Of a stretch of DNA of 64,000 nucleotides, positions 1 through 9,649 are shown in pieces. A model generated the notes under the pieces. The model saw only the letters and a list, made by a program, of their open reading frames with translations, was not told the DNA's origin and did no database searches. How positions within the stretch are numbered: position 1 is the first letter of the stretch; the number at the start of each line of letters is the position of its first letter. The translations under genes and the position numbers were made by a program. Origin of the DNA: an uncultured virus (IMG/VR IMGVR_UViG_3300033165_000106) (Duplodnaviria; Heunggongvirae; Uroviricota; Caudoviricetes); IMG/VR virus record IMGVR_UViG_3300033165_000106, one strand, 5' to 3'.

Positions 1-2070
1 ACCCACCTTCTTCCAGTCTTCTTTCCAATATAAACCAATTACTGGACCTAAAGACTGCAGTTTAAGTTGTTCTGGATCCCACGATTTCGCGTGTTCGCGG
101 TAGACTTTCTCCCCATCATCCGCCCACCAATCCGAGTATAAATACCCATCCGTTTCCAGAGAGGCTTGATAGAGCGTCATCAACATATGCGGTTGCATAT
201 AATCGTCCGCATCCAACAGAACCACCCGCTCACAACTGGCGTGCTCAAAGCCTACGTTACGAGCGTGTGCTGTGCCTTGCTTGCCCCCATCCACAATCTT
301 TACAAACGGAAATCCAGGCAAAGTCAAGGGTTTTCCTGTATCATTAACCACAATACATTCCCACTCTTTAAGGGTTTGTCCTACTAAAGAGTCCAAAGCA
401 TCCTGCAAGAAGGGAACGTGGAGTGGTCCAACCGGAATCACTACCGAAATTAAGGGAGGACCGTAAGACCAGATCGGACCACCAACTCCGAAAGGCACCA
501 GATGTTCGTATGTCGCCCAGGTGAACCACGAGATCCAGTTCGGCTCTGATTCGGTATGGCTCATCGAGGAAGATCGGTTTCTGTAAATAAGAGTCGGCGC
601 TTCGGTAACTTTGCTTGGAATGAATCCGTAAGAGAAGGCTCGCGTCCAGAAATCCGCGTCTTCCGCCGATCTCATTCTACGACGATAACCCCCCGTGCGC
701 TCCCAGACTTCTCTACGATAAAGAGACGCATACGGAATCTGGTTGCGCTTTTTAATCTGCTCGGAAAAACTCACGGTTTTAGCGTTGGGCCACTTAGACA
801 CCCAGCGGTGCCCGTTTTCCTCAATAAGCTCCATCGAGCCGGTGACGATATCTAACTGAGGATTTTGATCGAGCGCCCTGACTAATCTCCCCAAAGCATC
901 CTCACCTAACATATCATCCGCGTCCAGCGGAATAATATACTTTCCCGTTGAATTTTGAATACCAATATTTCGAGCTTCGGCTAGATAAACATTCTTGGGA
1001 TTGTGGATGACTTTGAAACGATCATCTTCCTGCGCAAACGCTTCGGCTATTGCTCCGCAGGTGTCAGGGGAGTTGTCGTTGACGACGATACACTCCCAGT
1101 CTTTGAATTTTTGATCCTTGACCGATTGCAGGGCGTCTGGTAGATATTGATCCAGGTTATAAGCCGTGACCACAATGCTAACTGTTGGTCCGTAGTCGAT
1201 GGCGAGGGCTTGCTGGTAGGCGCGTAGGTAGCTTTGAATAACACGTTCCCATCTCCAATTCTCTAGTACATCTTGACGAGCGTTTGCTCCTAATTCGTCT
1301 TGATGATCCAAACAATAATGTAATCCATCTAACAGATCATCATAATTTCCGTATTCAGCCAGATAGCCCGTTACCCCGTGTCGAACGATCTCTCGCTGTC
1401 CGCCGTAGTTCCACCCCAAGACAGGCGTAGCACACGCCATTGCTTCGAGCGTACCAACCCCCAACGTTTCTCTAGAGATTGCCAGATAAACACCCGCATT
1501 TTGAATATAAGATTTCATCTTCTCATACGAGAGTTTACCCGTCAGCGTGACGTTAGATGTCTTCTCCCCGAAAGTTGACACAAAGGGAACAGACGAATCC
1601 AGAAAAGCCAGTCGATTCATAGGCGCGGGATCGCAGACCGTATCAACGCGGTTTTTATTCCACAGCACGTAATTTTTATTTTTACCAGGAGTCCAATCTT
1701 CAACATCGATACCGTGATAACACACAACTGGATCGATCAACATCCCGCGCCGAACAGCGTTAGCCACCCACTCAGACGGGGCGGTGACTGCTTTGGCGCT
1801 TTTCATGCTTTTAATCAGAGAATCATTAACCTGTAAATACCACTTGGGCCAATCATACTCTGCCCAATACAGCCCGTGCAAACTCAATACCAATGTATCG
1901 TGATCGACAAAGGATGTAGCGTGACAGTTAGCAACATCCGCTTCTCCAGGTGTATCGACAAACTCTACGCCAAACTCAGGTAGATATTTTCTTTGTGCCT
2001 CCACCACACGGCGAATGCCGCCATCACCTTTGTCGGGCTTATCAAACGAAGGGTTAAGATAGACCTTCAT
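1..2070 (-). CDS. Three-domain glycosyltransferase (GT4 + GT2 + GT2), 3'-truncated by window edge; not in ORF track
   Basis: Manual translation from ATG at 2070: MKVYLNPSF...; GT4 motif ETLGVGTLEAMACATPV; GT2 SIVVTAYN...VVND...ARNIGI...PLDADD; second GT2 ISVVIPV...VVND...ARNVG...LLDADD; open to base 1. Confidence 0.9.
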   Translation of the reverse strand, partial: MKVYLNPSFDKPDKGDGGIRRVVEAQRKYLPEFGVEFVDTPGEADVANCHATSFVDHDTLVLSLHGLYWAEYDWPKWYLQVNDSLIKSMKSAKAVTAPSEWVANAVRRGMLIDPVVCYHGIDVEDWTPGKNKNYVLWNKNRVDTVCDPAPMNRLAFLDSSVPFVSTFGEKTSNVTLTGKLSYEKMKSYIQNAGVYLAISRETLGVGTLEAMACATPVLGWNYGGQREIVRHGVTGYLAEYGNYDDLLDGLHYCLDHQDELGANARQDVLENWRWERVIQSYLRAYQQALAIDYGPTVSIVVTAYNLDQYLPDALQSVKDQKFKDWECIVVNDNSPDTCGAIAEAFAQEDDRFKVIHNPKNVYLAEARNIGIQNSTGKYIIPLDADDMLGEDALGRLVRALDQNPQLDIVTGSMELIEENGHRWVSKWPNAKTVSFSEQIKKRNQIPYASLYRREVWERTGGYRRRMRSAEDADFWTRAFSYGFIPSKVTEAPTLIYRNRSSSMSHTESEPNWISWFTWATYEHLVPFGVGGPIWSYGPPLISVVIPVGPLHVPFLQDALDSLVGQTLKEWECIVVNDTGKPLTLPGFPFVKIVDGGKQGTAHARNVGFEHASCERVVLLDADDYMQPHMLMTLYQASLETDGYLYSDWWADDGEKVYREHAKSWDPEQLKLQSLGPVIGLYWKEDWKKVG

Positions 2071-2836
2071 CCAGATCTCCTAGTTGTGCCTTCATCTCTT
2101 CAAACATTTCTTGGTAAGATTTATCAATCGTTTCGCTGTACAGCGTTCGATCTAACTTCGGATCTTCGACAGAAATAACTTCTTTCTCCCACCCGTAAAT
2201 TTCATTGGCTAGAACCAAAAGATCGTGTTTATTAATGTGTATCTTATTTGAGACGTGATGTAATCCCGAAATAATATCAAGATGGCTCATGATATAGTGG
2301 GACAATTCAACTGTAGTTAGACCATTCCAGTATGAATTTACATAACCTTCAACGGGATTTTCAGCATACTTAAACCAGTACAGAAGCCCGCGCTGAGTGG
2401 GATCAGGGAAACCAACGAAGGATGTTCTAAAGGTAACATGCTCGTTTTTATCGTCCAACTCACCCAAAAACTTACTCATACCGTATAAGGTATCGGGGTT
2501 GGGAATATCTATGTCTGAGTAGCTACCTAGCGATCCTGAAAACACACAGTCGGTCGAAATATGAATCAGTCTGCAGTTAAACTCGAAACACGCCTCTGAC
2601 AACAATTTAGGTCCGAGAGCGTTAATCCTTAAGACATCCATCGTAGATTTATACGTAGGAGATTTGGGTACTACGCCTACACAATTAATGACATAAGTTG
2701 GTTTATAACGATCCAGTATCGCGTAAACCTGCTCTGGGCTGCAGATGTCAAAATCTTCGTGTCCAATACCTACGGTATCGGGATATAGCTTCGAGAGGGT
2801 TTTACCTAAAAGTCCCTGACCTAAGACAAGTATCAT
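2054..2836 (-). CDS. rmlD: NDP-4-keto-6-deoxyhexose reductase (RmlD-like SDR)
   Basis: GQGLLG Rossmann motif, HISTDCVFSG, YGMSK catalytic motif. Confidence 0.85.
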   Translation of the reverse strand: MILVLGQGLLGKTLSKLYPDTVGIGHEDFDICSPEQVYAILDRYKPTYVINCVGVVPKSPTYKSTMDVLRINALGPKLLSEACFEFNCRLIHISTDCVFSGSLGSYSDIDIPNPDTLYGMSKFLGELDDKNEHVTFRTSFVGFPDPTQRGLLYWFKYAENPVEGYVNSYWNGLTTVELSHYIMSHLDIISGLHHVSNKIHINKHDLLVLANEIYGWEKEVISVEDPKLDRTLYSETIDKSYQEMFEEMKAQLGDLDEGLS

Positions 2837-3507
2837 TTCTCCGGCTCCACATCGGCTAACGACTCAGATCCAATATGTCCGAATGCGCCCCACTGATTAA
2901 ACTCATACGGGATATAAATTCTTGGTCCATCTTTGGCGTTAACTTTAGCGCACATATCCAACTCTGTAAGCCCCGGTGTAAGTCCTTCTGCATAATACCC
3001 GTAAGTCTCGTGAAATCGCTTATGGCGTAGAGAAGGATGACCGGTGAATCGATAGGTGTATCCGTTCCTATGTAAGTCCCACAACAATCGATTGTCGTGT
3101 GAGACAAGTTCAGCCTCTAATCCCGCTGCAGCATAACCAAAGCGAATCATACCCGCATTCGGGTTATTCAGCAGAACTTTTGTGTAAGGCTCGACATCTA
3201 ATGGGTTATTAAGATACCAGTCGTCTTCCATCATCAGAATTAAACTGCCGCCCAGTTCATCGAAAACTTTATGTAAAGCCCAATTCATGTTGTGCCCAAC
3301 ACCCTTGCGGTTGCCATCATAGGTGTAAACTGTATAGGATGGACCTACAACCGAGACGAGATGGTTTAGATGATCTGGACCAGATCCGTCATCGGTGATG
3401 ATCCACCCGATATTGTCGTATCGGAAGTTCTCTTTCAAACCTCGAATGGTTATTTCAGCGAGATCTAACCGTTTGTAGGTGGTAAGTATAATCCAGATAG
3501 GTTCCAT
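2833..3507 (-). CDS. Glycosyltransferase family 2 (GT-A)
   Basis: ILTTYKR, ITDDGS, GVGHNMN, MMEDDW. Confidence 0.85.
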   Translation of the reverse strand: MEPIWIILTTYKRLDLAEITIRGLKENFRYDNIGWIITDDGSGPDHLNHLVSVVGPSYTVYTYDGNRKGVGHNMNWALHKVFDELGGSLILMMEDDWYLNNPLDVEPYTKVLLNNPNAGMIRFGYAAAGLEAELVSHDNRLLWDLHRNGYTYRFTGHPSLRHKRFHETYGYYAEGLTPGLTELDMCAKVNAKDGPRIYIPYEFNQWGAFGHIGSESLADVEPEK

Positions 3508-4412
3508 CGGCTACCTACTTTCAGAATTGCGGTCGGAACTTTTTGTTCTCCGTCTATTTCGATGTGTTTAATGACTAAATAGCCTAATCCACACTGCACC
3601 ACGACATGCCCATAGTCTGCGTAATCCAAGATCTGACCAACAACACCTGTGTAGTTATACTTCTTGACTGCTTCTGCTTCCCAGATAATGACTTTCTTGT
3701 TTTTGTAATACGAAAAGGCTCCAGGATAAGGATTACCAACGGCGCGGATTAATCTCTCAATGTCAAAAGAATCTTGATTCCAGTCGATATTTCCGTCTTC
3801 GGGCGTTCTTTTGGCAAAATAAGTTGGATCGCCCGTCTGAGGCAGAGCAGGTATCTCCCACCCATTACGCATAAAGAGGCACAACTCATCGACCATATCC
3901 CGCGTAGCATCGATCACCTTTGTATAAAGGCTGCGGGCTGTCTCTCTGGGATCTAAGTTAATTTCTCGTTGGGATACCAGCGGACCAGAATCAATCCCAG
4001 AGTCAAGATGAAAGATAGAGACACCTGTCTTGTCTTGCTGAGTCAAAATTGCCCACGGAATAACCGCTCGCCCTCTACCTTTAGGCAGTAGAGATGGGTG
4101 CAGACCCAAACATTTATAGTTTAAAATCTCAGATTTAATGAATTGGGACCAGCCAAATACAAAGACGTAATCCGGATCGATCTCTTTAATCTTCTTAACA
4201 ACATCGGGATGGTTGATATCGTCCACTCTCAGAATTGGAGAGGACGTAATAAGCTCCAGATCGAACCAGTCTGAATGTCTGTAGTGTAATTCTTTATGGA
4301 GCGTGATCACCAACTCAGGATGAAAGTCGTTTTTCATCAGTTGATTTAAAGCGTGGGCGCTGAGTTCGATTGCCCCTACGAAGACTATTTTATCCATGCT
4401 GGTTTTTTCCAT
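3465..4412 (-). CDS. N10-formyl-THF-dependent formyltransferase (Fmt/ArnA-like, probably sugar N-formyltransferase); likely start 4397
   Basis: GLHPSLLPKGRGRA, GIDSGP, RAVGNPYPGAFS; within sugar operon. Confidence 0.85.
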   Translation of the reverse strand: MEKTSMDKIVFVGAIELSAHALNQLMKNDFHPELVITLHKELHYRHSDWFDLELITSSPILRVDDINHPDVVKKIKEIDPDYVFVFGWSQFIKSEILNYKCLGLHPSLLPKGRGRAVIPWAILTQQDKTGVSIFHLDSGIDSGPLVSQREINLDPRETARSLYTKVIDATRDMVDELCLFMRNGWEIPALPQTGDPTYFAKRTPEDGNIDWNQDSFDIERLIRAVGNPYPGAFSYYKNKKVIIWEAEAVKKYNYTGVVGQILDYADYGHVVVQCGLGYLVIKHIEIDGEQKVPTAILKVGSRWNLSGLYLPPTNG

Positions 4413-5113
4413 CTCTCGGTTTCTTTGTTTCGCACATCAATCACGAGTTTGTTATAAAAGGCTGCATCGCGTTTGGTAGCCTGATCGGGATGCTCTCTCA
4501 ACCAGCACAGGGGAGTGCCTTCTTTAACCTGAAATATCGTTCCACGAAAATGTACCAGCATGATCGATAACAATAGAGCATCTGGACCGCCCAATGCCGC
4601 TTAAACGGGAAACCCGCCTGTCTTTTTCCATAGATTTTTCGTTACCATGCAGGTGTTGTTAGGCAAAGACATAAGATTTCCACTTTCAGTTACAATTGTC
4701 ACATTATACCACCCATCACGTTTATCCTGCTTTTCGTACTCTTTCCAACATTCTTCGAGACAGGTGGGGTACATGCGATCATCACTGCCCAACATAAAAA
4801 CACACTCGTTTCTGGACAGGGCAACTCCGTAGTTAAAGGCATGAGCTACTCCCGACAACCAGGGACACTTCCAGTAAGACAGGTTCCCTATAGAAAACTT
4901 TCCCCGACTATCATAATATAATGCGGGAAGAATATCATCGACAATGCTCGTATTAACTTGTTTCCATAAGTCGTTGACATTCAGATCCGCCATGTCATCA
5001 ATAATCAAAATCTCATCGGGAGGCTCAGTTTGATATTTAAGACTCTCTAATGCTTCAGGTAGATATTTCTTATAAACTGACTGCGGACCTACGGGGATAA
5101 CGACTGTAATCAT
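4385..5113 (-). pseudogene. GT2 glycosyltransferase split by one in-frame TAA at 4601-4603
   Basis: ORFs 4601..5113 and 4385..4594 share a frame: ...KTGGFPV*AALGGPDALL...; N-part has TVVIPV, IIDD, LGSDD. Confidence 0.7.
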
Positions 5114-5736
5114 GACAGCCTCATAACCTGAAATGCCTCGGCATAAGGGACATTACACTGCATTCCCCGCACTCCGGCTAAATGACGAAGATGATCGAAC
5201 GATCTGTGCCCACGAACCTGTGATTCATATAGATTATACAGCGCGATTTTCTTTTCAACATCGATTGGAATGAACAACTGAGGAATAAACTGCCGGTTGA
5301 ACGTCTGTTGTGTCTCAGGCTGTTCGGCTAACAGGACATTCCGCACGTACCAGTTTTTATCGTGTGATCGAGAGGCAGTCAAAGCCGCTTCATAAATAAC
5401 GCGGTGATCCTGGTTGTAGCTTGGAAAGAGTGTAATGAGTGTATCCGGTTCTACCCAATCAATGACCGATTCAATCTCTGATACGTAAGTTGAAATCGGA
5501 TAACTGTCTAGATTATTAACGTCCATACACTCGCTGTAAGATGTCGTGCATCCTAAAGCGATTCTGACTCGATCTGCTTCCTGCGCGTAAACTTCATCTT
5601 TAACCTGCGGGTGGTGATCGTTGAAATACATGATGTGCAGATCTTCGGCTTGCAACAGCGTTCCGCCCGCCGATAAACATTCGTCGTCTTGATGAACGGA
5701 CAAAAAAAGAATTCTACCCAGGTTTACGGTAGACAT
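5110..5736 (-). CDS. PIG-L/LmbE family N-deacetylase
   Basis: SVHQDDE..GGT, NQDH, KK..LY.SQ, YAEAF motifs. Confidence 0.85.
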   Translation of the reverse strand: MSTVNLGRILFLSVHQDDECLSAGGTLLQAEDLHIMYFNDHHPQVKDEVYAQEADRVRIALGCTTSYSECMDVNNLDSYPISTYVSEIESVIDWVEPDTLITLFPSYNQDHRVIYEAALTASRSHDKNWYVRNVLLAEQPETQQTFNRQFIPQLFIPIDVEKKIALYNLYESQVRGHRSFDHLRHLAGVRGMQCNVPYAEAFQVMRLS

Positions 5737-6250
5737 GCGAGATACCTACTTCCTCTACCAACTCCAAAGGCTGATCGAAATCCTGAATAGCTTGCAGAAC
5801 ACCGTTCGTTCCGTTTTGTTCGAGATCGATCACATCATGTAGAAAGATTAACCCTTTAGGCTCGACATGCGGATACCACGCTCTGAGATCGCCTAAAACA
5901 CCTTCATAAGAGTGATCGCCATCAATAATCAGAAATGTTACAGGACGTTCATCGTACATCTTACCCCAGGTCTTAGAGTCAGCATGAATGAAGTGAATCT
6001 TATCGTGTAACAATCCCGCCGCCTCAAGATGCGCCTTTACCCAATGACAGGTGTTGACATCGATAATATCAAACTCAAACTCTTCATCCTGTTCTTCTAA
6101 GAGAGCTAAAGCCATAACCCCAGGACCAGCGCCGATCATGACTGCTTTATCACACCAATACAGAGAAACTTCGTGGAAAAATTCTATCTCATCTCCAAAG
6201 CAGTATTGCGCTGTTTCGTTGAGTTGGTGAGCAGTTAATTTAGATTCCAT
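5714..6250 (-). CDS. Class I SAM-dependent methyltransferase (Methyltransf_24-like)
   Basis: IGAGPG, IIDGDHSYEGV..D, GLIFLHD. Confidence 0.8.
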   Translation of the reverse strand: MESKLTAHQLNETAQYCFGDEIEFFHEVSLYWCDKAVMIGAGPGVMALALLEEQDEEFEFDIIDVNTCHWVKAHLEAAGLLHDKIHFIHADSKTWGKMYDERPVTFLIIDGDHSYEGVLGDLRAWYPHVEPKGLIFLHDVIDLEQNGTNGVLQAIQDFDQPLELVEEVGISHVYRKPG

Positions 6251-7184
6251 ACAGACGCTCAGTTTCAGTGATCATCTCAGCTAATTCTTCATTCGTAATA
6301 TAGCGTACTGGATTGTTGCTCATATATGAAAACGGAGCGTCTGGATTGCGGTATTCATCGGTAGGGGGGTGAATATAAAAGTGATCTTCATCTTCTTCCA
6401 CGTAAAAAGATTCCGATTCAGACACCATACCTTCGTCTAACTTTTCGCCCGCTCGAATGCCTGTCTCAACAACAGGTAGTCCATCACCAATCACTTCTGC
6501 CAACTGGTAAATATAGGTGCTTGGCGCTTTAGGGACAACAATGTGCCCCGGCTCTGTATCGAGTGCTCTCAGAATTAAATCGATTGCCTGATCTAATGTC
6601 AAGAAGAAGCGCGTCATACGCCGATCTGTAATCGTTAAAGGTCCACCATCTCGTGCTTGCTTTTTAAACAGAAGCCCAACTGACTGATTAGACATCAGAA
6701 CATTGCCATAACGAGTAATGTGAAAAGTTGTTGCATCGTATTTATTGGCGTCTTGAAAAATATACTCGGTAATCTTCTTGACACACCCATAGGCATTTTC
6801 CGGCGACATTGCCTTGTCAGTGGATGTAGTAACAACTTTGTATACGTTATTGTCAATAGCTGCATCCACTACATTCTGAGATCCAATGACGTTGACTTGA
6901 ACGGTTGCGCCGATATTATTCTGTGCCATCGGAATTTGTTTATAAGCCGCAAGATGCAGAACAGTATCAATCCCCCGCATAGCGCGTTTGAGATCGTTAT
7001 ATCGACAAATATCACCTAAAACAAATCTGTGTTGGGGATACTTTTGTTTGAGGATATTCTGTTTAGTTTCGTCTCGACTAAAAATAATAAACTCAGCAGG
7101 CCAACTCTCCCTTTCAGCACGAGCAAGTATCGCTTTTCCAAGACTGCCCGTGCCACCCGTGATCAACACTTTGCCTTCTAACAT
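6240..7184 (-). CDS. UDP-GlcNAc 4,6-dehydratase (PseB/FlaA1/CapD-type)
   Basis: TGGTGSLG, FSRDETKQ, STDKA, YGCVK, RYGNV, MTRFF, GIRAGEKL. Confidence 0.88.
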   Translation of the reverse strand: MLEGKVLITGGTGSLGKAILARAERESWPAEFIIFSRDETKQNILKQKYPQHRFVLGDICRYNDLKRAMRGIDTVLHLAAYKQIPMAQNNIGATVQVNVIGSQNVVDAAIDNNVYKVVTTSTDKAMSPENAYGCVKKITEYIFQDANKYDATTFHITRYGNVLMSNQSVGLLFKKQARDGGPLTITDRRMTRFFLTLDQAIDLILRALDTEPGHIVVPKAPSTYIYQLAEVIGDGLPVVETGIRAGEKLDEGMVSESESFYVEEDEDHFYIHPPTDEYRNPDAPFSYMSNNPVRYITNEELAEMITETERLYGI

Positions 7185-7210
7185 TTCAGCCTCCTAACAT
7201 GGATACTAAT

Positions 7211-7277
7211 AGTATACCACTAAAGGAATATTTGTCAATGAAAAACCCTTGACAAATTGGAAATTGTGATCTATACT
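7211..7277. promoter_or_regulatory. Back-to-back sigma70-type promoters
   Basis: +: TTGACA 7249-7254, 17 bp, TATACT 7272-7277; -: TTGACA 7238-7233, 16 bp, TGG-TATACT 7216-7211. Confidence 0.75.
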
Positions 7278-7297
7278 GAAAAGAAAAAGGGGACACC

Positions 7298-7600
7298 ATG
7301 AAACAACTGTATTTCATACACAATAAATTCGGAGATCTTGTTAGTTTAGTGTGGGGCCCACAACACGTAGATATATACTTTTGGTGGAATAAATTCAAAA
7401 GTATATGCGAATATCCACACCCAGTAGATTACGAAGACGATGAGTGGTGGAACAGATACTTTGAATCAGAACGTATTGCCAATGAATTAGGGTATGATGG
7501 TGCATTTGAAGATGCTTTCGTAAATTATCTGATTAAACATCACGAATTTGAATCAGCAGATGTTACATCTATTATACTACAGGATATATACCTAACATGA
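7298..7600 (+). CDS. Hypothetical acidic protein (moron-like)
   Basis: Own promoter and RBS (AAGGGGA), AT-rich, opposite strand to neighbours. Confidence 0.6.
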   Translation: MKQLYFIHNKFGDLVSLVWGPQHVDIYFWWNKFKSICEYPHPVDYEDDEWWNRYFESERIANELGYDGAFEDAFVNYLIKHHEFESADVTSIILQDIYLT

Positions 7601-7770
7601 CTTTCTCTTGGATTATTAGTTATGAACATAATCGCTGTCCTAAATGTTGGGGTACGGGGTATATATCCGCTAGAGATAAAACCAACGGCTCAAACAATGA
7701 GGTTTGTCCTTTGTGTAAAGGAATAGTTAAAATTAAACCTTACCAAAAAATAAATATGAAAGGTAAATAG
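7597..7770 (+). CDS. Small DnaJ-type zinc-finger protein, 57 aa (not in ORF track)
   Basis: ATGA overlap with upstream gene; CPKCWGTG...CPLCKG. Confidence 0.5.
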   Translation: MTFSWIISYEHNRCPKCWGTGYISARDKTNGSNNEVCPLCKGIVKIKPYQKINMKGK

Positions 7771-9293
7771 TTTACGTAATCTAACCACACCCCTACTTTG
7801 CCAACGTTCCATAGCATGTACCCATTGACAATTCCCTGCTCAGTTAACACAGCAGTTGTCTCATTGATGCAGGCGCGAAGTTCTTCTGCTGTAAAAGCAT
7901 TTTCATCTTCGTCCTGTCCATACGTGAAACCCAATTCAGTGATCAACCAGGGCCAGTTTTTGTCTTTGATCTGATAACCTGTTACCTGTGCTACCGCCTC
8001 AGCAAACAGTACGTGTCTACCTGCAACCCACGACCAACCAACCCAGGGATATTTGGGTGTAGAAAAAGGACAGTAACCTGTAGCATGAGTAGCTAAACCA
8101 TGAAATTTCGGAGAACCATCCTGCCACGTCCCACAGGGGTGTGTGTCTATCCATTTGAAATAAGGAACTAATTGAATAAACTCGTCTAATTCAGGTGAGC
8201 CGGGGTAGCTGCTGAGTGCCAGGATGCAGTAACCATCCGCCGCCGCCAGTGTCGCCACGTCAATCGAGAACTGCGCCAGCGCCGCGTAGTCGTCCTGGCC
8301 GTGGAACGCGCTGCACTCGTTCATGATCTCATAGTAGTCGAATCCGGGATTCTCGGCCCACAGCGCCCGCAGCCGCGCGTAGTAGCCCGCCGCGTCGGTG
8401 TACACCTGGTCGCGGCTGGGGCACTCGCTGCGGTAGTCGCGGTAGATGGTCACGATGGCGGGATTGGCCGCGCGCATGGTGTCGCACATGGAACCGGTCA
8501 AGGTCAAGCATTTCGCCATGCCCACCAGCGGCGCGGTCTGCGCGGCTTTGGCGTGGTCGGAGTACCAGGCGAAGTGCAGCCCACTCAGCGTGTCGCCGTC
8601 AAAAGGGCCGGGCGTTGACGGCGGCGGCACCTCCCATTCGACGGGCATATCGGGCGGGTAGCATTCCTCCGCCGCATCGTCCCACACGAGATAGCGCTCG
8701 CTGTTGTAGTAGCTCGCCACCCACCCCGCCACGCCTTCCCCGCGCACATAGGCCCACTCGTTCACTGCGTCGCTGATGACGTACATGCGCTCGATGACCA
8801 CGCGCTGACCGATGTACAGTGTCCCGACCTGCGCGGCGCTGGTGCTGTGGTCGGCACGAACGCGCAGCGCCGATACAGCCACGCCGCCTTCGCAGACGCG
8901 CGGGATGTCAGTGCTTGGCGGTGGTGTAGGCGGCGGCGTCGTCTCTTGCGTTGGTTCCCCCTGCCCCGGCGTGTTCGTGGCCGTCGGCGTGGCGGTGGCC
9001 GTCGCGGTGGGCGTCGCCGTGGCAGTAGGCGTCAGCGTCGCGCTGGGTGTGGGCGTGCGTGTTGCCGTTGGCGGCTGCGGCGTATGCGTCGCTGTTGGCG
9101 CCTCAGCAGCCACCGGTAGTAGGCGCAGTGCGCCGGTATCCTCGTGTCGCTGTAGGATGCCAAGCGTAATCCAGCCTCCATCGTCTAAAGCGGGCGTGGG
9201 CGATTGCTGGCGCCCCGGCAACTGCGCGCCAGCCGGCAGCGCCAGCGCGGCCACCAGCAGCAGGGCGACGAGGGCGACGGCGAAGGTTCTCAC
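7740..9293 (-). CDS. Secreted protein: signal peptide, Thr/Pro linker, SH3b domain, clan GH-A-like glycoside hydrolase (possible lysin)
   Basis: Hydrophobic N-term ending AGA; TPT repeats; LRVRA...W..V...GWVA SH3b pattern; YEIMNE and LITELG candidate catalytic glutamates. Confidence 0.65.
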   Translation of the reverse strand: MRTFAVALVALLLVAALALPAGAQLPGRQQSPTPALDDGGWITLGILQRHEDTGALRLLPVAAEAPTATHTPQPPTATRTPTPSATLTPTATATPTATATATPTATNTPGQGEPTQETTPPPTPPPSTDIPRVCEGGVAVSALRVRADHSTSAAQVGTLYIGQRVVIERMYVISDAVNEWAYVRGEGVAGWVASYYNSERYLVWDDAAEECYPPDMPVEWEVPPPSTPGPFDGDTLSGLHFAWYSDHAKAAQTAPLVGMAKCLTLTGSMCDTMRAANPAIVTIYRDYRSECPSRDQVYTDAAGYYARLRALWAENPGFDYYEIMNECSAFHGQDDYAALAQFSIDVATLAAADGYCILALSSYPGSPELDEFIQLVPYFKWIDTHPCGTWQDGSPKFHGLATHATGYCPFSTPKYPWVGWSWVAGRHVLFAEAVAQVTGYQIKDKNWPWLITELGFTYGQDEDENAFTAEELRACINETTAVLTEQGIVNGYMLWNVGKVGVWLDYVNYLPFIFIFW

Positions 9294-9622
9294 GACTTGA
9301 CCGCCTCACCGTCTGCGGCATCGTCTGCGGGCGGCTTGCCGATGGCGTCCACCATCGCGGTCAGCAGCCTGCTGATGTACGCCTCGTCCAGTTCCCGGTG
9401 TAGCACCGCTTCCCCGATGCCATCTAGCGCGATAACCAGCCAATCGTCGGACTCGTCTACGTGCGGGCGAAACAGCGTGACCAGTCGCTGCACAGACGCC
9501 CACGCGCCCGCGCCCGCCAGCATGACGATGGCGAAGCTGAGGATGGCGACGACTGCCGGAATGACGACGCTGATGATGAGTTCCAGCGCCTCTTGACTTT
9601 CGTTTGCGAGTTGCAGGTCCAT
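9290..9622 (-). CDS. Small membrane protein, holin-like
   Basis: N-terminal TM stretch, acidic C-terminus, directly upstream of hydrolase. Confidence 0.45.
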   Translation of the reverse strand: MDLQLANESQEALELIISVVIPAVVAILSFAIVMLAGAGAWASVQRLVTLFRPHVDESDDWLVIALDGIGEAVLHRELDEAYISRLLTAMVDAIGKPPADDAADGEAVKS

Positions 9623-9649
9623 TGTTGTGCCTCCTGCGGCGCGGGGCCG

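Noticed and set aside
3465..4412. True methionyl-tRNA formyltransferase (fmt)
   Set aside because: Lacks the FMGTP N-terminal pattern and sits in a sugar operon; a sugar formyltransferase is more plausible
4601..4603. Stop-codon reassignment suggested by the in-frame TAA
   Set aside because: TAA, TAG and TGA all end many conserved genes normally, and neither tRNA is a suppressor (anticodons UCU, UGU)
8812..9300. Val/Gly/Ala-rich plus-strand ORF
   Set aside because: Reverse complement of the Thr/Pro linker
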